DNA of 64,000 bases from the human T2T-CHM13v2.0 reference genome, Homo sapiens: assembly GCF_009914755.1 (NCBI RefSeq), contig NC_060936.1. One strand, given 5' to 3'. The notes beneath the pieces were generated by a model. That model did not search any database, was not told the DNA's origin, and saw only the letters and a list, made by a program, of their open reading frames with translations. Positions 40,651-53,265 of the stretch are shown here, in pieces (position 1 is the first letter of the stretch; the number at the start of each line of letters is the position of its first letter). A program made the position numbers and the translations under genes.

Positions 40651-40853
40651 ACGCACGACTGGATGGCAGGCTCCTCGGAGGAACTTTCTACCAGCGTCTA
40701 GGAGTTGCTGAGTGATGGATTGGGCTGCGGGTGAACACACCGCCCTCTTCCTTTCTGCCTCAGTGCCGCTGTTCTCCCTCGCCTTGGGCCGGGCCCCTGC
40801 GTCCGTCCGTCTCTGGCCTCACCCCTGTCCCCAGGCTCACCGCCAAGGTCGCA
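40647..40853 (-). other. VDR: VDR exon 1f (207 nt, distal non-coding first exon)
   Basis: TGCGACCTTGGCGGTGAGCC...GTCGTGCGTGCAG|GTGTGT; matches exon 1f as recalled; contains no ATG. Confidence 0.9.
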
Positions 40854-42184
40854 GGAAGCAGAGGCGCATCTCCCCTTGCTTACACCACCCTGGCCCTGCT
40901 GCTGTCCAGCCCCCAGGCCTGCCCTCCTCCCCACTGCGCCAGGACAGCAGGACCTTCAGGGAACGGAGGGGCCAGGCTGCAGGGAGCGGGGCTGGGCCCA
41001 CCCTCCTGAGGAGGAAAGGAAGGTGAGAGTCAGTGACCTGAGAAGTTTCCATGAACTCTGGCCATGAGGGAGCAGGGGGGCACCAGAAGGCTGGGCCCCA
41101 CACAGCAGGAGGGAGCCACCTGGCAAAGTGGTTTCCCTACCATCAATTTCTAATTGGATCCTGAGGTAAACAGACACACCGGACCTGCCCTGAGGAAGGA
41201 GGCGGGCTGCGAACTGCTTGCCACCATGGGCATTAGAGGAACCAGAGGTATCTGAAGCAGGGGGTTCAGGGCTGTGGACAGCCTGGCCGTCCATCCTGGG
41301 CAAGGGGAGATGGCTTGCCCAGGGAGGACGGTGAAGGCTGTTCCCATCCCCACTCCCACTGGTGCTGTTAAAGTACGGTTCGTTGATGGGTAAACTGAGT
41401 GCGTGTGAGTGAGAGAGAAGGGGTCATGGTTGGTCTGAGGAAGCAACCAGTTCAACACCTCCAGCTGCTGACTCAGCTGCCTCCTGTCCCCAGCCCTCAA
41501 CATCTCCTTCCTAAGCCGATGGGAACAAAGACACCGCCAGTTTCCAGTTGTAAAAATCGGAGGAACAATCAAGAACAAAGATCAAGGCTTCACATTTTCC
41601 ATGACATTGGTGCAGGGGCGGGGGCACCATGCCTACCTGGCACAGTCCCCATTCCCCATGCCCTCTGGGAAGCAGGAAGCTGCCATCTGGGCATGGGCAG
41701 TGCTAGCCTCTCCATTAGCATGGTGCCTCCCCTGGGTCGGCCTGGGTGGCTGTCTTGGCCAGGCCAGGCTGTCTCGGCAGAGCCTCCTGAACTCAGGGTC
41801 CCTCAAGCCCCAGTTCCTCACAGTTCTGGGAGATCAGCCAGCCTCAGAGGCCAGGAGCTGGGAAGCAGGGAGCCCACCCGGGAGACCCCCAAACCCGCAG
41901 CACTATACAGAGGTCAAGGGTCAGAGGGAGAAGGGCAGGGGGACAGCAGACAGAGGACTGGAGAAGGAGATATGGACTTGGGAGTGGGTGGGGTTGTAGA
42001 GGTGGTGAAGGAGCAGAGTTCTGGAATCCATTTGCAAGATGTCAAAGGGCAGCTGAGCCTGGGCTGCTTCCCAGGGTATGGCCGACATTGACTAGTCTCC
42101 TCGTCCTCACCCCATCCCTCTGGCACCCTACTCTCGCAGCTTCTGGGGGAGCTAGGCACAGAGTGAAGAGTCCACCCAGGTAAA

Positions 42185-42530
42185 CAGATGATGATACATC
42201 TGTTTAATGGAGTACTCTTCAGCTGTTGAAAGTGACATAAACCCATTGATACTGGCAGAGAAAATGACCAAGGCTTATTAAGTGGGGAAAAAAGGTGAAA
42301 AATGATATATAGATTCTGATACCATTTTGTTAAAAATAAACCTAATACTACTACATTTGGATATGTGTATCTAAATCATGTAAATAACTATATATTTGAA
42401 TGTACTTGAAAGAAGTATAAAAAGATAAATATGGAATAGTTAAAAGAAATTATATCTAAGATAATTTAGACTTAGACATTTGTATATGAATTTTTATAAT
42501 AAGCATGTACAATCTTATAATAAAGAAAAA
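42185..42530 (+). mobile_element. L1ME 3' fragment
   Basis: ATGGAGTACTCTTCAGCTGTTGAAA; GATACCATTTTGTTAAAA. Confidence 0.6.
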
Positions 42531-42592
42531 GGTGAGGGCAGAGAAAAGGGTTCAGAACAATCCAAGTCTGTGGATAGATGTGGACATGCCAG

Positions 42593-42772
42593 GTACACAT
42601 GCACACACACACATGCACACACACGCACACACACATTCACACCCACATGCACACACACGCACATATGCACACATGTACACACACAAGCACACATGCACAC
42701 ACACGCACACCTCCCACATCCACACACACATGCACACACATGCACACCCACACAGGCGCACACACACACACC
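42593..42772. repeat. Degenerate (CA)n repeat
   Basis: Visible. Confidence 0.9.
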
Positions 42773-43194
42773 CCGAGCACACCTGGCCCACCAAGGAGGG
42801 CACACCTGGTGAATCTGGCAAAACTTGGGTAGCACTTGGCTCAGGCACATACCCACAATCCTGGGTTCCCTTGGCATGTATCAGGAAGGGCCCAAGGCTC
42901 TCTCCAGTCACTGATCCTATCTCAGGTCAGCTCAGCTCCTCTTGCTTCCCCAGCCTCCAACTCATCTCCCTGGGAGCCTTGCCATTTCTTGCCAGGTACT
43001 CAGAAACCAGGATCCTACTGATAAAGCCAGGAGAGTCAACAATTCCTGGTGAGCAGCACCCCTCCTGGCTATGAAGATGCCCTCCCTCTTCTCTAGGGCA
43101 CTGGGGTGCTATTCGCAATGCTGGGCTGTCCCAGAGTTTCCTGTGGATTCTAGTTTAACCAAGGAACACCCTGGGAAACACCCAGCCAATCCAA

Positions 43195-43340
43195 AACATG
43201 ATCCTGGTTCTGCCACTTATTTCTTCTCTAGTGTTGGACTAGTTATTTAACCTTCCTGAGCCTCAGTTTCCTCATCAGTAAAATGGGAATAATAAGGTGA
43301 TTGTGAAACTCAAAGATGATAATATCTAAGAAACTCTACA
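43195..43340 (+). mobile_element. MIR
   Basis: CTGAGCCTCAGTTTCCTCATCAGTAAAATGGG. Confidence 0.8.
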
Positions 43341-45599
43341 GTCTTTGGAAGACAAACGAGGAAATGATGACACAAACATCAGGATCCCAGTTCCCTCAGG
43401 GTGGGGCAGGGGTTGTGATCAGGGAAGAACACAGGGCTTCTAGAGTACTAGCAGTATTCTATGTCTTGACCTAGGCAGTGGAAACCTAGGTGTTTGATTT
43501 ATAATTATTTATTAATCTGTACATATATATTTAATATACATATGTTATGTTTCACAATGAGAAAAGAAAAAGTAAATACTTTGGACATTTTCCTGCTCAG
43601 TATAAATGTAAAAGTAGTACTAGGAAGTGCAAATTCCCATCTTCACACCCTCAGAGGAACCTCTGGGACTCTAAATTTCGCCTGGTTTCCCAGGGAATTG
43701 AAAGCAGGTAGAGAGTGGTAGGGCTGTGGCTGAGTTTGCTGGATGGCAAGGACCAGCTAATGAGTACAGATTCCAGTTATAAATTCAGACCAATGTCGTT
43801 TTCCTTGCTGGGGGGTGCCCAGAAGAGCAGATGACTTTCTGGGAGGCTGTCAGTCCACTCCAAACAGCCCTCCCTCCCGTGGTCTCTCTCCCCCGCAGAC
43901 TGCTGAGGACAGAGGGCACATCTCCCCACTCTTGAATTCCTGCCCGGGGTGGTTCTGACCCCTGCAAAGCTCCCTAGACCCCAGACAGGCCCCTTTCCAC
44001 ACCTACCCACCGCCCCTACACTTCAACACAGCCCCTTCCTTGGGCCTGGGCACCCCAACTTGCTGGCCCCAGACAAGGACCCCTGCCTTCCCCAGCCCCC
44101 CAAACCCCCAACATCCCCAGCCCTTTCTCCCCTGCTATGGGTTCCCCTAGACTTTGAGGAACACTCTGCCACTGAGCACAGGCATCACCCCCTTTCATCA
44201 GCCTGCTGACTTGGCAGTCTCCCAAGGTGAAGGTGGAGGGAGCTCTCAGAAGCCAGGACAGAGGCGGGGCCTCCTGCCCACCCAAGCCCTGGACCCCGGG
44301 CATCGGGCAGCCCTCAGGGCTGAGCCCACCCTGCCATCGGAGGCCACAGGAATGTCCATGAGGGCCTGGCCAGGGAGCTGCCCGGTGGTCATCAACGCCC
44401 TCCTTCCACATCTGACTCGCTCCCTGTCCCTCTGACTCAGCTTCTGTTTGACTCGGATTTAGTTTCTCTCCCATCCTTGATTTTCTGTGGGTCTCTGTCT
44501 TCACAGTCCCCAGACTGCACAAGGGCAGCATGAGCCTTTCCTCCGACTGTGTGTAGGGTGACCCTGGGCCTCTGGGCCTGGCTGTCCACCTGTGCCACGG
44601 CCCACTCTGTCCAGGAAGGAGGTCTCCCCACCCCCACCGAGGGAGGTGGCTGAGGTGAAGAAAGAAGCCCGAGGGCCTCGGTGGCAGAGCCGGGCTGAAA
44701 GGAAAGAAGAAGCTGATGAAACCAGGGCGCTGGAGGACGGGGCCGTGGAAGGGCGAAAGGGAAGTGTGCTGTTAGGTGAATGGGGTGCATTGGAGGCAGG
44801 TGGGAGTGGCCGAGGCGTTACATAACCAGAGCTGAAAAGGAGTTGAGTTCTGGAGAAAAACAAGGTCTTAGGGGAAATAAAGGTGGATTACAGGGATGGG
44901 CTCTGATACTAAGAAGTTCTTTTCAGTGTCTAACTTCAATCCCGCCTGCGGCAGAACTAGCTTTCTCCACGTGTAGTTCTTGCATCCTGGAAACTCACGC
45001 AGGGCATAATGTGAAAGGAAGCGCGAGAAGTGCTTGTGAGGGGCAGAGAGTCTTTCTCCTTGGCCTGGGAAGCCAGCACAGTGTCCCGTCCCCACCACCA
45101 ACCACCTGATAGCTCCCCAGTCCTTGGCATGGCCCGGAGACCAAGCTGTTGGCAGTGGCAGCTCCTAGCTGTTTAGACAATCTTCCTTTCACAAGTTTAT
45201 TTATTATTCTTTTCCCACCTCTCCACCCCTTCCCCACCAGCTGCTTAAAATATTTTTCAAACAGAAAAATCCAACCACAGCTGGAAACCAACCCTAAAGT
45301 TAGTCCGGAACGTGGGAGCTGCCAGGGAAAATTGCTGGGGCTCAGGCTGTGGGAGGAAGGGCCTGAGCCGCGGAGACAGGCTCGCTCTGCAGGGGCTTGC
45401 AGCAGGGACACAGACGCAGGGAGAAGGCATCGGACCTCATCATCATTCCCCAAACCGTCAGCGAGAACCGGCTATGAACCAGGCCCTGCGCCAGGACAGT
45501 GAGGGACACAAATTGCCTTAAGTAAAAGGGGCTGACCCCATTCTCAAGAAGTAACAGGCTTAATAAGGAGGTAAGGCACAGACACAAACACTCCGGTGG

Positions 45600-46160
<561 letters not shown>

Positions 46161-47171
46161 CTATGCTATGCCACTTTTGTACAGTCATGCAAGGGGAGAG
46201 GCAAATCCCATGAAAGAAGCATAAACAAATTAATATGAGAACTCAAAGAAGGGAGAGATTGTCCCCGGCAGAGGGTCAGAATCAAGGAGTGCTCCCTGGA
46301 GGAAGTAACATAGAGCAGCCTCTGGAAGGATAGTGGGGCTTCTGAGCCTATACTCAGGGGCAGGGACGGAAGCTCTACAGCAGAGATCGCTAAAGCAGTA
46401 GCAGAGACAGCACCCAAGAGGTCAGCTGCTGTTGTACAGCACCACCCAAAAGCCTGTCCTCATGGCAGCCCAGTGCCTAGAAGGGACACTGGCCAGAGGA
46501 AGATGTCCAGGCAGGCCAGGCTCAGCCACAGTGGAACAGCAATTCAGATTCATGCTCCAGCTCTCCAGCACCGTTGGCCTGTATCATCTCCCCGCACCTC
46601 CTACCTGCTCCATTCTCTCACTCTCACTGCTAATCCGGGTCCCCTTGCAAATCTGTTCATGGGGAGAGTGAAAGACAAAACTACAACACTTGAAAAACTC
46701 TTTATAATACAAATATTTGGTGGCATCTAATTTAGACAAAAATCACCCAGCTGTCTTGTTTGGACAGTTGGGCCCAGTAGAGTGGCCACAGAGCCATGTG
46801 GCCTGAAGCCTCAGGAGATAGGCTGGTGGGTGTGTGGGCAGGTCCCGCCTCTCCCTGTCAGGCCTGTACTTGGCTGAGATGCCAGGTCATTTGACATCTC
46901 TGGGCCTCAGTTCTCTCAGAAGTGACGATGAAGAAATATGAGCCCTTTCCCGGCTCTAGACCGACAGCTCCAGTCATAGCCTCCAACTGCAAGCATCTAC
47001 CTGTTCCAAGGTGCATCCCAATCCCTTCCTGTCCCATCAGGCAAGAGCAGGTCAGGCCAAACCCCAGCCCACTGTTTTGGGTAATCCAGCCTTGGGTGGA
47101 CTCCTTCCCTTTGCTCCTGGCTGCCTCCTGATCCCTTCAGTGGAGGGAAGCAACCTCCAGCCTCTTGTGGA

Positions 47172-47176
47172 TTTGT

Positions 47177-47207
<31 letters not shown>

Positions 47208-47357
47208 CAGAGATAGAGTTTTGCTGTGTTGCCCAGGCCAGAAAACGCAGTGGCTATGCATGGGTACGATCATAGTGCACTGCAGCCTCGAACTCCTGGG
47301 CTCAAGCCATCCTCCTGCCCCAGCCTGCCAAGTAGCTGGGACGACAGGCGCGCCTGG
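47172..47357 (-). mobile_element. FLAM/Alu monomer with (TTTTG)n tail
   Basis: Alu-like monomer. Confidence 0.8.
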
Positions 47358-48339
47358 ATCCTCTTGTGGGTTTTAAGAAAGGAAGGAATTACTGGAGTCT
47401 GGAGGCCCGGCCCAGGCCTCCCACGCCCCCTGGCGGAAGGAACAGAGCTGTGTCCAGACCTGCACTGGAATCTGTGGCCAACCTTCCCACCACTCTCCTC
47501 CCACCCGTCCTGTCTTTTCCTCTGACCTTATTCATTCACTCTTAACTGCACATGCACTGGGTGCCAGGCGCATGCCACGAGATGGGGCGTGGAAGTGACT
47601 GAAATTGTCCCTGTCCCAAGGTGCTCTCTGTTCACTCAACTCTGTTCAATTCATTCAATAAATATTTACGGAGCTTCTGCTCTCTGCCAGGCTCTTCTCA
47701 AGGCCCCAAGGACACCATCCTGCCCTCGCAGAGTTTAGTCTAACAGGACCTATGGCCTGGTAAACAGACAATCATCATACAGTAGATGAGCCACAGGTGC
47801 CAGAGGAGAGGCCAAGAGGAGACACGCCAGATGCGCCAACAGCGGCCCTCACGCCGAGCAGGGGGCCGGAGGGGCAGAGGAGGGTGTGGGTGCGCACGCG
47901 TGTACGTGTGTGTGCATGCTGGGGGATGGTGGGAGACGGATTTGCAGAGATGGCAGAGCCACGTCAGGGCTGGGCTCGAGCAGCTGTGTAGGATCCCTCC
48001 AGGCGCAGGAAACGGGGTATGGGGTGGGGCAGGGCGGAAAGAACATCCCACACCAAGAGGACAGAGGGAGCAAGGGCACAAAGTCCCGGCATGTTTAGGA
48101 AGCTACAAATAGTTTGCTGTGGTACAAGTGTGTGGTCAGTGGCAAGGAGGCAGCAGGAGGGTGGAAGAGGCCTCGCAAGTTGTATAAGGGGCTTGGGTCT
48201 GATCCTGGAGCCTGTGAGGAGCCACTGAAGGCTTCAAGAGACGGAATGATACGAATACTTCTGCTTTCAGAAAAAGACCGCTAGACCAGTGGAATGTGGA
48301 GGGGGGCTGGGAAGGCAAGTGGTCGGAGATGGCATGGTG

Positions 48340-48535
48340 CTTGTACCCCAGCTGTGTGACATCAGGCAAGCCACATCACTTCTCTGAGCCACAGAGGCCT
48401 CATCTGTTAAATGGGGGTGCATCTGTCAAATGGGGGTGATGAAACTCAGCCTATAGACTTGTTAAGAGGAGTAAATGAGATAATATACAGAAGTGCCTAC
48501 TGTGGTACCTGACACATAATAGACACATAGTAAAT
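48340..48535 (+). mobile_element. MIR with an internal 19-bp tandem duplication (48401-48438)
   Basis: CATCTGT(T/C)AAATGGGGGTG x2. Confidence 0.75.
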
Positions 48536-50392
48536 TATATACATATGCATATACATATATATATATGAAACGTCAGAGAGCCTACCAAGAAGGCTATTTC
48601 AATTGCCTAGGCAAGAGATGCAGAGAACCTGAATTCAATCATTGCGGAAGGTGAGAAGAAGGGGATGTCAAGAGCTGTTTCAGACAGTTGCCCTTTGGGA
48701 ATGGGTTGGATATGGATCTTGTCTTTCTAAAAACATCCCAGAGTTCATCTCAGCCTTTTGTCCTCAGGCACTAATCCGTGACTCCTGCATTCCTCATCAT
48801 CTTCCTGCATTTTTTCACTGCCTGCTTTGTATTAGGTGTACATACGCTTGTTCAAGGCTTGTCCATTTGCAGTTTGTCTGGCTCAGGCACAGGATGCCTG
48901 GAGTTCAGGCAAAGGCCCTGCTGGCTGAGCCTCTAGGTAGGTATGTCTCGGGCAGCAGTGGACAGATTCATGGAGGTTTTGGATGACAATCAGATGAGGA
49001 TCTGTCCAGCCACCACGTTCATCCCTGAAGCTAAGGTTGAGAAAGGAAGTGCTGGGAAAGTTGACCACGGAGATTGGCTGGCTGGCGCCTGGGTTTCATC
49101 AAACACTCATTGCAGAGTGGAAATCCAGCAAGCCCATCTCCAGCCTACCCCTCAGGCACAGCTCCCCCAGTTCCCTGGCCAGTCAGCCTTCCTCCCACAC
49201 CTGCCTCCAGGGTGCCAGCTCTTAACACAGGTACCACAGGTACCATTCGGGGGGTGCTCCAGCCCCTCTAGAAGGGCAAAAAGGGGCAAGCAGTTTGTGT
49301 GTGTGTAGCTCGATCACCATTTAACCTACTTAGAGTGTGTTCATCCAAGGTTGCCAGCGGCAGAGAGAGTTGTGGCAATTATTAAGGGCTAAGACCCCCA
49401 AAGCCATCTCATGGTGTTGCCACCCTCTCCAGGCCGTACTGAGCCTGGGGCAATTGTTAATAGTGTCAGAAGCAGCTATTAGTCTCCGTGGTCTGCAGGT
49501 TCCCCTCCAAGATAGTTTGATTATGTTCATTTTAAGATGTTAGTTTGTGTTTTGTGTTTTTCCCCAGTATCTGTCCCCTGTTCCAAAGGGATAACTCAGC
49601 CCTTTAGATTTCTTTGGGGTAGAAATTAAAAAAAATAATAATTCAAAGACAACCTCTTGAACTGTCTCTCATGAATTCCTGGGCTTATTCAAGAGATGAT
49701 ATCAGGTGTTCAAGATGCTGTTGAGAGAGGAAAGCAAGGAGTGAGCAGGGTGAGGGGAGAGGAAGCTGAACTCCTGCCCCAGCATCACTGTGGAGAAGGG
49801 GCAGGGTCTCCAAGGGGCATGGCTGCATGGGCACTTTGGACCCTGCACACCAGCTCTACCAGCCTGGGCCAAGGTTCCCAGGTCACAAGGAGCAGTAACA
49901 TGACCCAACACAGAGGCCTGTGGGAAAAGGGACAAGGGGGAGATCAGCATGACATGGTGAGAGGCCCTTGCATACCCTGCTTCCTGGGCTCCAAGAAGTA
50001 ATTCTCCAGGACTCCTGAGCGACCCTGGGGAGGGGGAGGTAGCCTCAGTAATGGAGGAGATTAAATCCCCTGGGGCCAGTCAGGATGGGGCTCTGAGTTA
50101 GATTTAGGTTGGTTTAAATTTTTAAAAAATAGGACCTCTTTTGCTCTTCAGGATTTATGGAGGAAGATTCATCCCTCCAACTGCAGCCAGGACACTTATT
50201 GGCTGTTCCAGGTGCACCTGTGAGCCAGGTGAACATGGGCACAATGCAAGCGAGACCCTCCTTCCCTGGTCCCACAGGCAGCCTCGTCAGGTCCCTCAAA
50301 GGAGGAGCTGAGGATGTGGCTTTTTGGACCACCTTGGTTGACTGGCTTCTGGGTCCCCTTCACAAGGTCGTGGTGAATTGTCAGTTCCTTGA

Positions 50393-50846
50393 TGTTGTGC
50401 CGGACCCCTATTCACTTCAGTAGGGAGGGCACCAGGTTCAAGAGACCGAAGAAGAGACGCAGGGCCAGCATACAAGACCAGGGGCTTTATTAGTGGGAAA
50501 CTTACACGTGGGGATGCTCCTGTGGTGGCACGCTGGGCAGGAGAACAACAGCCACTTGTGAAAAACGTGCAGTTTACAGCATTTTCACTTCGCACCCTTC
50601 CCCTAACAGCCTCCACCTGGCAGCCTTCATTTAATCCAAAAGAAAGGGCCTCAATCCCCTGTACGGCCGTGTCCCACTGGACAGCAGGGAAACTCGGATG
50701 TTCTCATAGATAAGAAATTAATCTCCGGGTTGGCCACTCCCAGAATCTTTAGCTCAGACTTCTGAACTGCTTTCAGGTGCATCTGCTGTACAGGGTCACT
50801 CTCAGGCTGTGCTTGAGTTATCACTCTCAGGTGTGTCTACCATACA
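50393..50846 (-). mobile_element. Solo LTR, LTR47-like (ERVL)
   Basis: TG...CA ends, 5-bp TSD CTTGA on both sides; starts TGTATGGTAGACACACCTG on the minus strand. Confidence 0.85.
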
Positions 50847-52784
50847 CTTGAACACATAAGCCCCCTGCACCCTCACTGTGTCTAACCTGTCTGAGCAGAG
50901 CTGTCTGCCTCCAACTGCACCCACAGGTGCAGACCCCTGCCTGAGACCTTCTCTATACAGACACCCTGTGTGCTACTCCTCCAAGAAAAAGTCTGTAAAC
51001 TCTCTTCCTTTGTCCATTCTTCACACAAATTAGCACAGTAAGGAAAAAAGAGACGACTTGGGAGCAGAAATCCCAATGATCCAGTTTGGACCCTACCACA
51101 ATAGTTAAGACAAATCAGCTTCCGTCTGTTTTTCCACCCGTAAAATGGAAATAACAGCTGCCTCACATCAAAGGAAGTGCCATGTAAGTGGCAAAATGCT
51201 CTAAGGTTGTAAGGAGTTTTTAAATGCAAGGGACCTTATTCTCCATTTAGAGAACTGAACCCGGAACTTCAGAGGGTGAGACTATTTCCTCACTCTAGAC
51301 ATATGAGCCAGAGCTTTGGGCTCTGAGATCTCTGATTCACATAAGAATAAACACAGAATCCATTAAATAAGGTTTGTGTGCCTCTTAAGTCCACTCAGGT
51401 ACTACAGTGGCTACAGCAACGGGGTTATGACCTGGCTCAGCCTTCAACTCTCCAAGCTTCAGCAAGTCCCGATCTCTTGGGACAGTGCACCCAATAAGCA
51501 AACAACGGACTTGGTTCTAGTCCTGATTCTTTCACTCACTAGGTGTCATTTAACCTCAAGCAAGCTTTCTCAAGTGTGGAATCAAGAAAGCAGGGACAGA
51601 ATGAAGACCATGAAGAGCACCTCCAACTCGAATTCCTCAGTCTCCCCACCAGTGCAAAGGGAGGTCAAGACAGCCCTGAAGATCCTCCTGCCTCATCCCG
51701 TTCCTGCATATGAGTCCAGGGAGGGATGCAGAGCTGGGCAGAGCTAGTTGCTGACCTGCCCCTGGCCCCACAGGGCCTTTTCAGACCAGCAGCCCTTTCC
51801 GGCCTGCACTGCCCTGGGCCTATGGGGCCAAGAGTACATGCACGTGGAGAGATTGAGGAGGCTGGGAATACAGGAGTACACAGCTGGCCCCCTCTGCCCA
51901 GGCCCACCCAGAGAGCCCCAGTGAGCTCACGTCTGCAGTAACCTCACTTCTCATAACTGCGACGGTGAGACACGCCTGGGAAGCCAAGCCCAGGTGAGAA
52001 GTGATGGCTGTCTCCTCAGGAATGTGCTGCCCAATTAACACTGCCTCCCAGATGGCTCCTGCGGAGGCTAGGACTACTCCGCCAGGGCGGTGCTGGCCAG
52101 CCACCAGGCTGAGTCATTCTGTGAGCATTTATTGAGGGCCTACTATGCATCGGGCATAACAGGGAGGAATAAAAGCCTAACTGGAGAGTACAGTCTATCT
52201 GTCCCAGACTCACTTTTGGAGACAGATTGTCAGAGAGCCTCAAGAGCTCTACAGGTGAAGCTCCCAGATCTCCATCAACCCAAAGCCCTCCCACTTCCTG
52301 ACCACAGCTGTAAGCCCTTAACTTGTTTCCCTCCCTTTTCAAGGCATCCACAGTTCTCAATCTCCTTCTAGGCTCCTCTTCGTCTTAAGCTGTATGAATC
52401 AGGCTGCTGCCTCCTCATTTTCCTGTTTCTAGGACAGTCTAAACCACCCGCTGTCCATCCACTTGCAGATACTAGGTTTATTGCTTCCTGTCCTTGGCAG
52501 GGTGTCCAAGAGAGGCCATAAAGTGAGGCAACACCCAAGTGCCTAGAGGATGGGCTCTCACTAGAGGTGCTCTCCACGTGAATTACCTATAGAGGCAGGT
52601 CCTCAGGCAGGAAAGCCTAACTTGGAAGACAGGCCTCAGTCAGGCAAGGGGCCTCCCTCTCAAAGGGCATGTGCCCCGAGGGCTGAAGTTGGAAGAGGTT
52701 AGAAATCTCAGTGTGGCCTACATGGTATGTGGTCAAAGCAGTTATTCTTCTTGTTATAAGATCCAGTCTTTTATCTTTACTAGC

Positions 52785-53265
52785 TCTGTATCTGCATGTT
52801 AGGATTGCATCCCACCAGGAAAAAGAGACACCCAAAAGACCAGGCTTACATGATTTTGAGGGGCTATTTGTCTCATTTAATGATCGCTCAGAGGTGAGGC
52901 AGTCAGGGCCTCACCATGGCTACAACGCCATCAGGGGTTCAGGCTCCTTTTACCCTTCTACCCAGCCTCCCTTAGCATATACTTCTTATTGTCACAAGAC
53001 AGCTGTCCCATCTCCAACATCAAGTTCAAATTCCAAGCAGGAAGAGGAAGGTCAAAGGACCAGTCCAGTCTCCATCCCTTTTAAGGAGCTTTCCTGGAAG
53101 TTCCACACAAGTTCTTACACCCCATCGGCCAGAACTGTGTCACACAGCCACCTCTATCTGCAAGAGAGGCTGAGAAATGTATTTTTAGTTGATCATTTGC
53201 TGCCACCAACAACATTGGATTTGGTTAACTGAGGAATAAAAACTGGTATAGAACTTGCAAGGAGA
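52785..53265. mobile_element. Old MLT1 LTR
   Basis: GGCCAGAACTGTGTCACACAGCCAC..CTGCAAGAGAGGCTGAGAAATGTA. Confidence 0.7.

Larger units (their letters stand above)
39660..41100. promoter_or_regulatory. VDR: GC/CpG-rich region around the distal VDR 1f promoter
   Basis: Raised GC and CpG on both sides of exon 1f. Confidence 0.65.

Noticed and set aside
39622-40715. Long ORFs (323 aa minus, 238 aa plus)
   Set aside because: Produced by the stop-poor minisatellite and GC-rich sequence; low-complexity translations with no recognisable domain
41220-41255. Perfect Kozak GCCACCATGG on the plus strand
   Set aside because: Only a 9-codon ORF and no supported transcript
44016-44863. GC-rich ORF cluster resembling relic exons
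   Set aside because: No recognisable protein similarity or consistent splice phases
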